NCBI GenBank assembly: GCA_013203755.1 | Contig: JABMPI010000636.1 | Coordinates: forward strand, 1 to 35,504 | From: Bacteroidota bacterium | GTDB taxonomy: Bacteria; Bacteroidota; Bacteroidia; Bacteroidales; Prolixibacteraceae | DNA length: 35,504 nt | Reading direction: 5' to 3' | Shown: positions 1-10,319 of the stretch, one piece after another | Position numbering within the stretch: the stretch's first letter is position 1 | Layout: each line of letters begins with the position of its first letter | Made by a program: the position numbers and the translations under genes | The notes under the pieces: generated by a model | Database searches by the model: none | Seen by the model: only the letters and a program-made list of their open reading frames with translations | What the model was told of the DNA's origin: nothing

Positions 1-99
1 CCCTTTGAGTGGGGAAATCTGGCAGAAAATAAAAAATATTCTTCAAAAAAAGATGAATTGAAAACAGAAATGCTTGATATAATAAACACTCATAAATAG
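1..99 (+). CDS. 3' end of a sulfatase (partial, cut by window edge)
   Basis: Frame 1 reads PFEWGNLAENKKYSSKKDELKTEMLDIINTHK* (TAG 97-99). This resembles the C-terminus of the 22977 sulfatase (DPNEWTNLASDVKLNEKKKELKDKVL). Not in the ORF track. Confidence 0.7.
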   Translation, partial: PFEWGNLAENKKYSSKKDELKTEMLDIINTHK

Positions 100-105
100 A
101 AAATT

Positions 106-1521
106 ATGAAATTGAAAGTGATTGTTTTACTAATACTAACACAGATTATTTTTGCTTCGGTCATTCAGGCCCAGCAAAAAGCAACATCGCCCAACGTTAT
201 TATTGTTCTGGCTGATGATTTGGGAAATGCTGATGTTGGATTTAATGGTTGTTTAGATATCCCGACGCCCAATATCGATCGGATTGCAGAACGCGGAGTG
301 GTATTTACAAACGGTTATGTCAGTTATTGCGTTTGTGGCCCAAGCCGGGCTGGACTTATTACTGGCCGTTATCAGGATCGTTTCGGATTTGGACGAAATC
401 CGTTATTCGCACCAAACGATCCGGGAATGGGACTTCCCCTGAGTGAAGAAACATTGGCCGATGTGTTGAAAAAAGCAAATTACAAATCGCTGGCTATTGG
501 CAAATGGCACTTGGGCGCACACGAAACCTTGCATCCCCTGGAAAGAGGGTTCGATGATTTTTATGGGTTTTTGAGTGGCGGGCATCAATATTTTCCCGAG
601 CTTTTGGTATTAAACGATCCGTTTGAGGCAAAAGCACAGTTTGACGGCTACAAAACCAAGCTGCTCAAAAACTACGATCGCGTTGAGGAAACTGAATATC
701 TGACCGATGCTTTCTCGCGTGAAGCTGTTTCGTACATTGAAAAGAATAAGGACAATCCATTTTTTATTTACCTCGCTTACAATGCTCCTCACACACCATT
801 GCAGGCCACCGAAAAATATTTAAGTCGGTTTGAAAATATCAAAGAGAAAAAAAGAAAAACTTATGCTGCCATGGTTAGCGCTGTTGATGATGGGGTAGGA
901 CTAGTTCTGGCAAAACTACAGGAACTCAATCTTACTGAAAATACAATCGTTGTTTTTCTATCCGACAACGGCGGACCAGAAAAAACCAATGGATCAAACA
1001 ACGGAGTTTTCCGGGGGCAAAAAGGCGATGTTTTTGAAGGAGGAATCCGAGTCCCCTTTGCAATGCAGTGGCCGGCAAAAATCCCGGCTGGACTGGTTTA
1101 TGATAATCCCGTTATTTCGCTTGATATTTTTGCTTCGGTTATTGCCCAAACAAAAACTCAGGTGAGTACAAAAAACCAACTGGACGGAGTTAATCTTATT
1201 CCATACTTATCGGGAAAAAAGGAAGATGCACCGCATGAGTATTTGTTTTGGCGAAAATTTGACGCAAAAGATTATGCGGTTAGAAAAGGAAATGATAAAA
1301 TGATTCTCAAAGCCGGATCAGAGGAAATGCTTTTTGATTTGGAACAGGATATTTCGGAAGAAAAAAATCTGAGTGCCAAAAGAAAAGTGCAGGTTAACAT
1401 GTTAACGGGCGATCTCAAAAAATGGGAATCCGAACTTTTGGACCCAACTTTTACCGGTTTGATGAAAGATGAAGAGTACAATGCGAATCATCCGGAACGA
1501 TTTAAGAAACAAAGTAAATAA
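106..1521 (+). CDS. S1 sulfatase, Cys-type, signal peptide; probably S1_19-like (carrageenan galactose-4-sulfatase type)
   Basis: PNVIIVLADDLG, CGPSRAGLITGRY (CxPxR), GKWHLG, SDNGG, KG..FEGGIRVP motifs. Subfamily is from recalled similarity, not a search. Confidence 0.93.
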   Translation: MKLKVIVLLILTQIIFASVIQAQQKATSPNVIIVLADDLGNADVGFNGCLDIPTPNIDRIAERGVVFTNGYVSYCVCGPSRAGLITGRYQDRFGFGRNPLFAPNDPGMGLPLSEETLADVLKKANYKSLAIGKWHLGAHETLHPLERGFDDFYGFLSGGHQYFPELLVLNDPFEAKAQFDGYKTKLLKNYDRVEETEYLTDAFSREAVSYIEKNKDNPFFIYLAYNAPHTPLQATEKYLSRFENIKEKKRKTYAAMVSAVDDGVGLVLAKLQELNLTENTIVVFLSDNGGPEKTNGSNNGVFRGQKGDVFEGGIRVPFAMQWPAKIPAGLVYDNPVISLDIFASVIAQTKTQVSTKNQLDGVNLIPYLSGKKEDAPHEYLFWRKFDAKDYAVRKGNDKMILKAGSEEMLFDLEQDISEEKNLSAKRKVQVNMLTGDLKKWESELLDPTFTGLMKDEEYNANHPERFKKQSK

Positions 1522-1539
1522 CCCAAATACGCTGAAAGT

Positions 1540-3222
1540 ATGTTACATTCACTAAAAATATGGATTACTATAATACTGATAGCAAGTCAGGTTACAACTA
1601 TTATTTCATCAGATACACCAGCCGAAAACCTGAGAACTTCGCCTAACAATTACTACTTGAATCCAAATTCTACGGACAGTGAACCTGAGGGATCATTCAA
1701 TAATCCTTTTCATAACTTAGATGAAATAAACCGTGTGAAATTAAATCCTGGCGACTCCATACTTATTGCTGCCGGAACAATTAACCGGGGGACATTGGTT
1801 TTAAAGGATGTTGCGGGAGCAGAGGATCAGCCAATAGTAATCTCCAGTTACCACTCAGGAAACCAACTCGCAGATAAACGGGCAATTATAGATGCAAAAG
1901 GATTTGCAAATGGCGTGCTGCTTGAAGATTGCAGCTACATTGAAGTGAATAATATTCTTATTAAGGCCAATGCCGGTGGAATAAAAACTTTGGATGGAAA
2001 ACCACCTGATAAACGATGTGGTATTTTAGTGCAAACCACCAAACCCGGAAATTACGGGAATATTACCTTGTCGGGTTTGATGGTGAAAGACTTGTTTTAC
2101 GAAGATCCCGGTTTTACCAGAGGTAAAGATGAGGTCAACTCGGCAAATGGAACGCAGAAATACGGCTGGGGAATCCGGTTCATTAACAAGACAGAAGGTG
2201 CACTTCTAAAGGATTTGAAAGTGATGAATTGCGAAATAAACAACATCGCTCATACCGGGCTAAAGTTTACCGCAAAAAATCATGGAATAGAAAATATTTA
2301 CGTAGTAAACAACCGGGTAATTCAAACCGGAGGTCCCGGAATACAAATGTCGGGGGTTAAAAACGGAATGGTCGATAGAAATTATGTCGATAGTTCGGGA
2401 AGCAATAACGACAGCCGCAAATGGGGTCGGGGCAGCGGTCTCTGGACCTGGGGAACAAGCAATGTGCTTATTCAGAATAATTATTTTTTGAATGCAAACG
2501 GACCGGGTGATTCTGCAGGTTGTCACATTGATTTTAATTGCAGCGATGTGGTTGTACAATATAATTTCAGCGCCAACAATGCAGGTGGTTTTTGCGAAAT
2601 TCTCGGTAACAATTACAATTGTGCCTACCGATACAACATTAGTGTTAACGACGGTTATCGTGTAAAGGGTGTAAACGGTGCTTTTCAGGAAGGAAAAATA
2701 TTTTGGTTAAGCGGTTTCAACGGGAGTGGTAAAAAAAGGGATGGGCCTTTTAACAGTTATTTCTACAACAATACCATTTATGTGAAGAAAGATATTGTGG
2801 CCAAAATTGCGGTCGACCGAGCATCGTCGGGAGTACTAATTGCCAATAACATTTTTTATATTGAAGGTGAAAGCCGTGCAGTAAAAGGCGACCAGTATAA
2901 GCCGGAAACCGAGGGTGAATCGTGTGTTGAAAAAATTGTATTCGAGAATAATTTATACCTGGAGAAAGAAAACTGGCCGGAAGAAGTTTTAATTCAAGAT
3001 AACAAACCCATATTTGGCGATCCTGATTTTCAAAATAAAGGAGGCCTCAACATTAAAGATTACATCCCGGGAAACAATCAACTTGTAAAAAATAAAGGCA
3101 TAGAAATCCGGAAACTGAATGATGATTTGGTGGGATTAAAAGTTGGATTGCAGGTAAAACATGATATTTTGGGAAATAATATTACCGGAACTCCTGATAT
3201 GGGAGCCATTGAATTAAAATAA
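1540..3222 (+). CDS. Secreted right-handed parallel beta-helix protein, GH136-related candidate glycoside hydrolase
   Basis: N-terminal signal; YYLNP..G..NNPF..L..IN...LNPGDSIL start; Asn/Ile ladder repeats; GRGSGLWTW..N..IQ.N, D-SAGCHI-D, QYNFS.NN.GGF.E; C-terminal PDMGAIE. Confidence 0.8.
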   Translation: MLHSLKIWITIILIASQVTTIISSDTPAENLRTSPNNYYLNPNSTDSEPEGSFNNPFHNLDEINRVKLNPGDSILIAAGTINRGTLVLKDVAGAEDQPIVISSYHSGNQLADKRAIIDAKGFANGVLLEDCSYIEVNNILIKANAGGIKTLDGKPPDKRCGILVQTTKPGNYGNITLSGLMVKDLFYEDPGFTRGKDEVNSANGTQKYGWGIRFINKTEGALLKDLKVMNCEINNIAHTGLKFTAKNHGIENIYVVNNRVIQTGGPGIQMSGVKNGMVDRNYVDSSGSNNDSRKWGRGSGLWTWGTSNVLIQNNYFLNANGPGDSAGCHIDFNCSDVVVQYNFSANNAGGFCEILGNNYNCAYRYNISVNDGYRVKGVNGAFQEGKIFWLSGFNGSGKKRDGPFNSYFYNNTIYVKKDIVAKIAVDRASSGVLIANNIFYIEGESRAVKGDQYKPETEGESCVEKIVFENNLYLEKENWPEEVLIQDNKPIFGDPDFQNKGGLNIKDYIPGNNQLVKNKGIEIRKLNDDLVGLKVGLQVKHDILGNNITGTPDMGAIELK

Positions 3223-3300
3223 TTTATCGACATATAAAAAACAATAAAATAAAACCACCATGATAAAAGAGTTTGGACACAAAGGAGAATGTTTAAAATT

Positions 3301-3340
3301 TCCTGTCTTGCGTCTTAATACTTGAGTCTTGGTTCTAATT
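3301..3340 (+). repeat. Heptamer-periodic intergenic motif, copy 1
   Basis: tcctg-tcttgcg-tcttaat-acttgag-tcttggt-tctaatt; 32/40 identical to 10320-10359. Confidence 0.75.
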
Positions 3341-3347
3341 ATAAATT

Positions 3348-4847
3348 ATGAAAAAGCCGCTTATAATAAATCTGTTATTGATATTTCTGTTTGCAATTTT
3401 TGCAGCTTGTACAAAAAAATTGGGTAGTAAAGATATACTCCCCCAACCAAATATTCTTCTTATCGTTGTTGACGATCAGGGATACGCCGATTTTGAACCC
3501 TTTGAAAATCACGATTCGCAAATATCTACGCCAAACATGTCGAGGCTGGCAGATGCCGGAATGGTATTTACACAAGCTTATACAACGGCTCCGGTTTGCA
3601 GTCCGTCGCGTGCAGGATTAAATACCGGGAAAAACCAATTTCGTTGGGATGAAAAAGCGAGCTGGACACCCGGATTACCTGACAGCGTAAAAACCATTGC
3701 CGAATATTTAAAAGAAGCGGGGTACACAACTGCACGTGTTGGAAAGGCCGATTTTGGAACCAACTACCATAAATTTGATGTTCGCGAATATCCACTCAAT
3801 CATGGTTACGACTATTTTCTTGGATTCAGCGCACATGCCCATGATTACTGGTTACTATCCGATGAAATGGCCAAACGAACTCCCGACCCAAATGGAACCA
3901 GTGCTCACCTTGGCCCTTTAATGGAAGACGGTGGCTACAAAAGTTATGACGAAGGTTACATCACGGAAATTTTTACGGATGAAGCCATTAAGTATCTTGA
4001 AACTGAAAAGGACAAACCATTTTTCCTGACCTTGAGTTACAATTCGGTTCACCACATTATTCACGAGGTTCCTCAAAAGTATTTAGATAAATATAATGTG
4101 CCACCTATTCATAATTACGAACCGGATAGTATGGAAACTTTCCAAAAACAAAAACCAGGATCTTATTCTGCTTACTACGAAAAATATACTCGTCCGGGAG
4201 CCATAAACGATGAGGACATGCGAAAATTTTATCTGGCAAATCTGAATTGTTTAGATGATAATATTGGCCGTGTTTTAGATGCATTGAAAAAAGAAAAGTT
4301 GGATGAAAAAACATTAGTTGTTTTTGTCTCGGATAATGGAGGGTCGCCATTAACCGGAGCTAGTAATAACCCACTTTCTGGTGGTAAATATTCGCTTTGG
4401 GAAGGTGGTATTCGTGTGCCAATGGCAATTCGTTGGCTGGGCAAAATTGAAGCTGGGAAGGTTCAGAATAAATACGTTTCGGCATTGGATATTTTGCCAA
4501 CCATAGCCGAAGCTGCCGGAATTACGTTAACTGATGAAACTATTGATGGAACAAGTCTTTTAAATGAAAATGCTAACAATGACCGCCTGTTAGTTTGGAG
4601 GTGGGGAAATACCTGGGCAGCACGAAAAGGGGATTGGAAATTAACAAATTCAAATGAGGGGTGGGGGAAAGGACGCCCAACTAATTTGTACATTAAACCC
4701 GTTTCGAACGATTTGAGTCTGAAACTTTTTAATCTGGAAGACGACCCGGCTGAAAGAAAAAATCTGGCAGAGAAAATGCCACAAAAAGTGGAACAACTGA
4801 AACTGGAATACGATAACTGGGTGAAGCAAAATAATGGGAAATATTAG
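3348..4847 (+). CDS. S1 sulfatase, Cys-type, predicted lipoprotein
   Basis: Lipobox-like IFAAC; PNILLIVVDDQGY, CSPSRAGLNTG, SDNGG, KYSLWEGGIRVP. The usual GKWH motif is replaced by GKAD. Confidence 0.92.
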   Translation: MKKPLIINLLLIFLFAIFAACTKKLGSKDILPQPNILLIVVDDQGYADFEPFENHDSQISTPNMSRLADAGMVFTQAYTTAPVCSPSRAGLNTGKNQFRWDEKASWTPGLPDSVKTIAEYLKEAGYTTARVGKADFGTNYHKFDVREYPLNHGYDYFLGFSAHAHDYWLLSDEMAKRTPDPNGTSAHLGPLMEDGGYKSYDEGYITEIFTDEAIKYLETEKDKPFFLTLSYNSVHHIIHEVPQKYLDKYNVPPIHNYEPDSMETFQKQKPGSYSAYYEKYTRPGAINDEDMRKFYLANLNCLDDNIGRVLDALKKEKLDEKTLVVFVSDNGGSPLTGASNNPLSGGKYSLWEGGIRVPMAIRWLGKIEAGKVQNKYVSALDILPTIAEAAGITLTDETIDGTSLLNENANNDRLLVWRWGNTWAARKGDWKLTNSNEGWGKGRPTNLYIKPVSNDLSLKLFNLEDDPAERKNLAEKMPQKVEQLKLEYDNWVKQNNGKY

Positions 4848-4944
4848 TCTTTATAAACATTAAAATTTGGAACTAAAGCATAACTCTGAAAAGTTGTTTA
4901 AATAGCCAGAACGAAAATAATAAATTTAAAAACCAACTATAATA

Positions 4945-6498
4945 ATGACAAGGAGAATTGGAATTTTTGGGGCATTTGCATTACTAAGCCTTACCTTTTT
5001 TATCGGATGTAAGAGAGGGAAAAGTGAACAAGAGAAAACAGTTCAACCTAATATCGTAATTGTGTATTTGGACGACCTGGGATATGGTGATGTTGGCGCC
5101 TATGGCGCTACCGGATTAAAAACACCCAACATCGATAAATTGGCAAAGGGAGGGATTATGTTTACCGATGGTTATGCAACTTCGGCAACATGCACGCCAA
5201 GTAGATACGGACTGCTTACCGGAGTTTATCCATGGCGCGAAAAAGATGCAAAAATTCTACCGGGGACTGCTCCATTGTTAATAAAAACGGAGCAGTTGAC
5301 CATTCCTAAAATGTTAAAAGAAAAAGGTTATCATACCGGAATAGTGGGCAAATGGCACCTGGGTTTAGGCAGCGGAAATACAAATTGGAACGAAAAAGTT
5401 GCCCCCGGACCAAATGAAGTGGGTTTCGACTTTTCCTACATTTTAGCTGCCACCCAAGACCGCGTACCAACCGTTTATATTAAAAATGGTGATGTGGTTG
5501 GTTTAGATCCCAATGACCCCATTGAAGTAAATTACAATAAAAACTTTGAAGGTGAACCTACCGGAAAAGATAATCCGGAATTGACGACAATGAAATGGCA
5601 TCATGGTCACAATAACAGCATAGTTAATGGGATTCCGCGAATTGGTTATATGAAAGGTGGCGAAAAAGCAAAATGGTCAGATATTGATATGGCCGATCAT
5701 TTTTTAGCTATTGCAAAGGATTACGTAAAAATGCATAAAAACGAACCCTTTTTTCTCGTTTATACCATGCAGCAACCTCACGTGCCAAGAACACCAAATC
5801 CTCGTTTTGAAGGAATGTCAGGCATGGGACCTCGTGGCGATGCAATTGTAGAAGCCGACTGGTGTTTGGGTGAATTTGTTAAAACACTGGAAGAGGAAGG
5901 TCTTTTGGAAAATACATTAATTGTTTTCTCTAGCGACAATGGCCCAGTGTTAAATGATGGCTATTATGATGATGCAGAAGAAAAACTGGGCGATCATAAA
6001 CCAGGCGGTGAATTACGTGGGGGCAAATATAGTCTGTTTGAGGCCGGCACGCGTGTTCCGTTTATTACTTACTGGAAAGGCAAAATTCAACCAACAGTTT
6101 CCAATGCATTGGTTTGCCAGGTTGATTTATTGGGGTCGCTGGCAGCATTGGTTGGCAGCGCTGAAAAAACGCAGGACAGCCAGGATTTGATTGACGCATT
6201 TATGGGCAAGAGCAAAACCGGTAGGGAAGAACTGGTTCTGGAAGCAACCACTCGTACTGCAATGCGCAAAGGCGATTGGTATTTAATTCCTCCGTACAAA
6301 GGGCAGGCGTTAAATAAAGATGTAAATATTGAACTTGGTAATAGTACTGATTTTCAACTTTATAACATAAAAGAAGATGTAGGTCAGCAAAAAAATCTCG
6401 CCAAAGAAAATACAGAAAAGCTTCAGGAAATGATAGCAACTTTTGAGAGTATTAGAGGGAAAGATTATTCAAATATTCAGAAGTTGAAACTGAAATAG
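4945..6498 (+). CDS. S1 sulfatase, Cys-type, predicted lipoprotein; S1_15-like (galactose-6-sulfatase type)
   Basis: FFIGC lipobox; DDLGYGD, ATSATCTPSRYGLLTG.YPWR, GKWHLGLG, ATQDRVP, PHVPR.P, SDNGP, GGKYSLFEAGTRVP. Confidence 0.92.
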   Translation: MTRRIGIFGAFALLSLTFFIGCKRGKSEQEKTVQPNIVIVYLDDLGYGDVGAYGATGLKTPNIDKLAKGGIMFTDGYATSATCTPSRYGLLTGVYPWREKDAKILPGTAPLLIKTEQLTIPKMLKEKGYHTGIVGKWHLGLGSGNTNWNEKVAPGPNEVGFDFSYILAATQDRVPTVYIKNGDVVGLDPNDPIEVNYNKNFEGEPTGKDNPELTTMKWHHGHNNSIVNGIPRIGYMKGGEKAKWSDIDMADHFLAIAKDYVKMHKNEPFFLVYTMQQPHVPRTPNPRFEGMSGMGPRGDAIVEADWCLGEFVKTLEEEGLLENTLIVFSSDNGPVLNDGYYDDAEEKLGDHKPGGELRGGKYSLFEAGTRVPFITYWKGKIQPTVSNALVCQVDLLGSLAALVGSAEKTQDSQDLIDAFMGKSKTGREELVLEATTRTAMRKGDWYLIPPYKGQALNKDVNIELGNSTDFQLYNIKEDVGQQKNLAKENTEKLQEMIATFESIRGKDYSNIQKLKLK

Positions 6499-6534
6499 TG
6501 ATAATATAAAATACAATTTAAGAGTTTACGATAG

Positions 6535-6581
6535 ACTGAGTTAATCGAAAAGCAATTTTATATTAACTCAGTTTTAATTTT
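6535..6581 (+). terminator. Probable intrinsic terminator after the sulfatase cluster
   Basis: Inverted repeat actgagttaat (6535-6545) / attaactcagt (6562-6572) followed by a T-rich run. Confidence 0.55.
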
Positions 6582-6706
6582 GTAGGAGAATTAATAGTGA
6601 ATAGGATTCTTTTAGCTTCAATTTGTCGGGTATATTAATGCCTTGTGCCGATGGAATAAATTTACTTATAATTTGATTTTATACCTTTATACGTAAAAAA
6701 AAAGAA

Positions 6707-7573
6707 TTGAAACTCAAGTATAAATCCGAAGACAAAGAATATAATCAATCCTTTTATTTAAGGAGGGAGAATGTGCCATATCATGAAGGGAACTGGCATT
6801 ATCACGAAGAATTTGAGCTGATTTATATTATTCGGGGTGAAGGTGTTCGGATTGTTGGTGATAGCTTATCCAATTTTAGGGCCACTCAATTGGTGTTGGT
6901 GGGGTCATGGTTGCCTCATTTATGGAAAAATGTTGAATCGAATCAAAATGATGAAACGGTTGATATTATTATAATTAAATTTTCGCGGTTTATAGGCGGT
7001 CAGGAAATTTTTTCAATACCCGAATTTTATGAAATTTCAAATCTTTTAAATCAGTCAAGCAGAGGTTTAGCTTTTGGGGAAAAAACCGTCAAAAAAGTTC
7101 ACAAACTTCTACTAAATATGTCCACGTCTGATGGCTCTGATAAAATCATTAATTTGTTGCTTGTTTTGAAGTTGCTTTCAGAAGTGGATGATTATAAAAT
7201 GCTCTCCAGTTCTGAGTTTACCCTACCAACATCAATATCCGGGGAAAATCGTTTAAGTAGAATTATCAACTTTATCTCAAATGAATATGCGAATCAGATC
7301 GCTTTGGAAGATTTAGCCAAAGAAGCTGCAATGACAACCAGTTCACTTTGCCGCTTTTTTAAAAGCAGAACCAATAAAACCATATTTCAGTTTATTAACG
7401 AATTCAGAATCGGTAAAGCCTGTCAGCTATTAATATCCGGGAATCAATCAGTAACTGAGGTTTGTTTTAATTCAGGGTTTAACTCTTTAACTACTTTCAA
7501 CCGGGTTTTTAAAGAGTATAAAAGAGTTACTCCCAGCAAATACAAGGAGAAATATCGGGAGCTGAATCAGTAA
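6707..7573 (+). CDS. AraC-family transcriptional regulator (cupin + HTH), positional analogue of cgrA
   Basis: WHYHEEFELIYI cupin motif; C-terminal LEDLAKEAAMTTSSLCRFFK and SVTEVCFNSGFNSLTTFNRVFK double HTH; TTG start. Confidence 0.93.
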   Translation: MKLKYKSEDKEYNQSFYLRRENVPYHEGNWHYHEEFELIYIIRGEGVRIVGDSLSNFRATQLVLVGSWLPHLWKNVESNQNDETVDIIIIKFSRFIGGQEIFSIPEFYEISNLLNQSSRGLAFGEKTVKKVHKLLLNMSTSDGSDKIINLLLVLKLLSEVDDYKMLSSSEFTLPTSISGENRLSRIINFISNEYANQIALEDLAKEAAMTTSSLCRFFKSRTNKTIFQFINEFRIGKACQLLISGNQSVTEVCFNSGFNSLTTFNRVFKEYKRVTPSKYKEKYRELNQ

Positions 7574-7657
7574 GGAAATATTGAATATTTTGTGTGATTA
7601 ATTATTATCCTTCTATTAGCTGGTATTCTTTATTTTATCTCTTTTGTTCATTGATCT

Positions 7658-7747
7658 GGCATTGTTATGACAATGTGTGGTCAGTGTTGGATAATTATTG
7701 AATAGTTTCCAATAAGTCAGTGTTGTACATTTGCTTTAGTAATTTTG
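7658..7747 (+). promoter_or_regulatory. Candidate promoter/operator region of the anhydrogalactose operon
   Basis: TAATTTTG at 7740-7747 matches the Bacteroidota -7 element TAnnTTTG; direct repeat gtcagtgttg at 7680 and 7716. Confidence 0.45.
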
Positions 7748-7783
7748 AAATAGACGGATAGTAAAAATATAAATCAACACAAT

Positions 7784-9220
7784 ATGAATTTTGGGTATCA
7801 CAAGCTTTATATCGACGGGAAATTAGTTGATGCTGAAAGCAAGGAACGCACAGCGGTAATTTGCCCGGCAACCGGAGAACCAATTGCAGAAGTTGCAAAA
7901 GCAGGAGCTGCAGATGCTGAAAAAGCTTTGGATGCTGCACAAAGAGGGTTTAAATATTGGTCTAAACTTTCGCTTGTCGAACGTACTGAATGGATGACCA
8001 GATTGCGCACGGCTGTTTTAGAAAACGAAGATTTGCTTCGTCTGGCAATGATTTATGAAATGGGAAAAACATACGAAGGCGCCTGGGAAGATATTGAAGC
8101 TGTTGTAAATGGTTTAGACTGGTATCCAAATGCGATGAAAAACTATCGCGACGAACAAATACCTGATTACGAAAACACACACAGTCATAAAATGATTCAT
8201 CAACCGGCGGGTGTTGCAGTAGCATATCTGGCGTGGAATTTCCCATTGTTGAATGTAGGTTTTAAGCTGGGGCCAGCTCTTGCTGCAGGTTGTAGTTTGA
8301 TTATTAAACCTTCAACACTTTCACCATTGTCTGCCTATTTGATGGGAAAAATTATGCACGACATTAATTTTCCGGCCGGTGTTGTAAATATTATTTCAGG
8401 CCCTGCTAGTGAGGTTGCCAATACACTCACAAAAAGCAAAAAAACCAATGTGTTAACCATGATTGGTTCTACGCAAACTGGTTTAAAGGTAATTGCTGAC
8501 AGTACAACTTCAATAAAAAAGTTTGGATTGGAATTGGGAGGAAACGCTCCATTTATAATATTTGATGATGCAGATTTCGACACTGCTTTGAATTTGGCAA
8601 TTGGTTTGAAATTCGGCAACAGCGGACAGATTTGTGTCGCAGCCAACCGTATTTTTGTACATAAAAGTATTCACGATAAATTTCTTGCTGCCTACGTAAA
8701 AAGGGCGCAAGCATTAAAACTTGGTTTTGGTAAAGATGCCAAACCTGATATGGGCCCGGTAGTAACCAGGTCAGACCGCGACCGCATGTTTGAGCTCGTT
8801 GAAGATGCAGTTTCAAAAGGAGCAACCTTAGAAACCGGTGGTAAAATTCCTGAAGGGAAAGAGAAAGGCAACTGGATTCAACCTACCGTATTAAGTGGCG
8901 CCACGCCCGACATGCGGGTTTTTAAAGAAGAAATATTTGGCCCGGTTGCACCAATTTTTAGTTTCGAAACCGACGATGAAGTTTTGGAATTAGCCAACGA
9001 TACAGAATATGGCCTGGCATCTTATATTTTTACCAATAACCATAAACGTGTTGAACGTTTTACTGCTGAACTTGATTTTGGCGAAGTACAGGTAAATGGG
9101 GTTAAATATTCAATTTATTTGCCTCACGGAGGAATTAAGAATAGTGGAATCGGACACGATTGTTCGCATTTGGCTTTGGAAGATTATTTGGTTAAGAAGC
9201 GCGTTACAATTGCAAAATAA
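7784..9220 (+). CDS. dauA: NAD(P)-dependent aldehyde dehydrogenase, probable 3,6-anhydro-galactose dehydrogenase
   Basis: AWNFP, IIKPS, LELGGNAP (catalytic Glu), GQICVA (catalytic Cys), EEIFGP. Specificity is inferred from context (AraC, permease, enolase-family gene, sulfatases). Confidence 0.8.
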   Translation: MNFGYHKLYIDGKLVDAESKERTAVICPATGEPIAEVAKAGAADAEKALDAAQRGFKYWSKLSLVERTEWMTRLRTAVLENEDLLRLAMIYEMGKTYEGAWEDIEAVVNGLDWYPNAMKNYRDEQIPDYENTHSHKMIHQPAGVAVAYLAWNFPLLNVGFKLGPALAAGCSLIIKPSTLSPLSAYLMGKIMHDINFPAGVVNIISGPASEVANTLTKSKKTNVLTMIGSTQTGLKVIADSTTSIKKFGLELGGNAPFIIFDDADFDTALNLAIGLKFGNSGQICVAANRIFVHKSIHDKFLAAYVKRAQALKLGFGKDAKPDMGPVVTRSDRDRMFELVEDAVSKGATLETGGKIPEGKEKGNWIQPTVLSGATPDMRVFKEEIFGPVAPIFSFETDDEVLELANDTEYGLASYIFTNNHKRVERFTAELDFGEVQVNGVKYSIYLPHGGIKNSGIGHDCSHLALEDYLVKKRVTIAK

Positions 9221-9244
9221 AAATCAACTTAAAATCTAAATAAA

Positions 9245-10251
9245 ATGGAATCAACTTTTTTACCTTTTCTTCTGGTAATATTTGCCAGTATCTTTCAAGG
9301 AAGTTTTGGCGTTGGAATGAAATACATGGCCCCGTTAAAATGGGAGTCGTGGTGGCTGGTTCACGTAACAATTGCAATGGTACTATTCCCTCTAACTTGG
9401 GCGCTAATTGCAGTTCCCGGATTATTCGATATTATTGGAAACGCTCCAATGAATGCAGTTGCGTTAGCAATGTTTTTTGGATTTTTATGGGGAGTTGGCG
9501 GAATTTTATTTGGTGTAAGTATACCTTACATCGGCATCTCTCTTACCTACGGAATTGTAATGGGACTTGCTTCTTCGGTGGGTAGTATTATCCCGCTTCT
9601 TCAAATGGAAAATGCAACTTCAAATCCGGCCTTCCCGGTTGTAATTGCTGGTGTATGTGTTATGCTATTTGGTGTTGCAATAACGGCAGTTGCTGGAATA
9701 AAAAGAGACAAAGCAAAAAATGAAAATAAGAAATCAGACAAAATAGTTAAAGGGTTGATAATTGCTGCGGTTTGTGGTGTTTTATCTGCCTTGTTGAATG
9801 TAGGTTTTGCCAACGCTGCACCAGTTGCAAAAGTAGCCGAGGCTTCGGGCGTAATTACCCGGAACAGCAGTTTGGCTGCCTGGGTAGTTGTACTTGTCGG
9901 AGCATACTTAATGAATGCTGGTTACTCCTTAGTTTTACTTTTCAAAAATAAAAGCTGGGGCTCTTTTGGTGTTGCTAAATCTGGCAAAGCTTATATGTGG
10001 TCGATTATTGCAGGACTTTGCTGGTTTGCCGCACTTGGCGTATACGGACAAGGCTCGGCATTATTAGGCGAAATTGGGCCGGTCATCGGATGGCCAATAT
10101 TATTAGGACTGTCATTAATCATCAGTAATATTTGGGCGTATGGCGCTGGAGAGTGGAAAGGTGCAGCAAAACCTTTCAGATTACACTACTCGGTTTAGCC
10201 GTTTTAATTTTGGCCAGCGTTATTCTTGGCTATGCAAATACTGTTCAATAA
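9245..10251 (+). pseudogene. RhaT/DMT-family sugar:H+ symporter with a 1-bp frameshift near the 3' end (pseudogene or sequence error)
   Basis: Multi-TM protein with KWESWWLV, GFLWGVGGILFG, SNIWAYGAGEWKGA. The ORF stops at 10198, but the -1 frame continues LLGLAVLILASVILGYANTVQ* to 10251, supplying the last TM helix. Confidence 0.8.
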
Positions 10252-10319
10252 TTAAACGCAGGTTGTTATTATTTGATGCAATTCAACAAATGATTTGTTG
10301 CCCTCATACCATTAGTACT

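Noticed and set aside
1540-3222. Calling the beta-helix proteins GH82 iota-carrageenase, GH110 or pectate lyase
   Set aside because: They share only the fold; the visible D-x6-D/QYNxS motifs fit the GH136-like pattern better. An HMM search is needed to settle it.
3260-3325. Possible leader peptide (ATG ATA AAA GAG...) upstream of the 3348 sulfatase
   Set aside because: About 21 codons, no telling composition and no attenuator structure seen.
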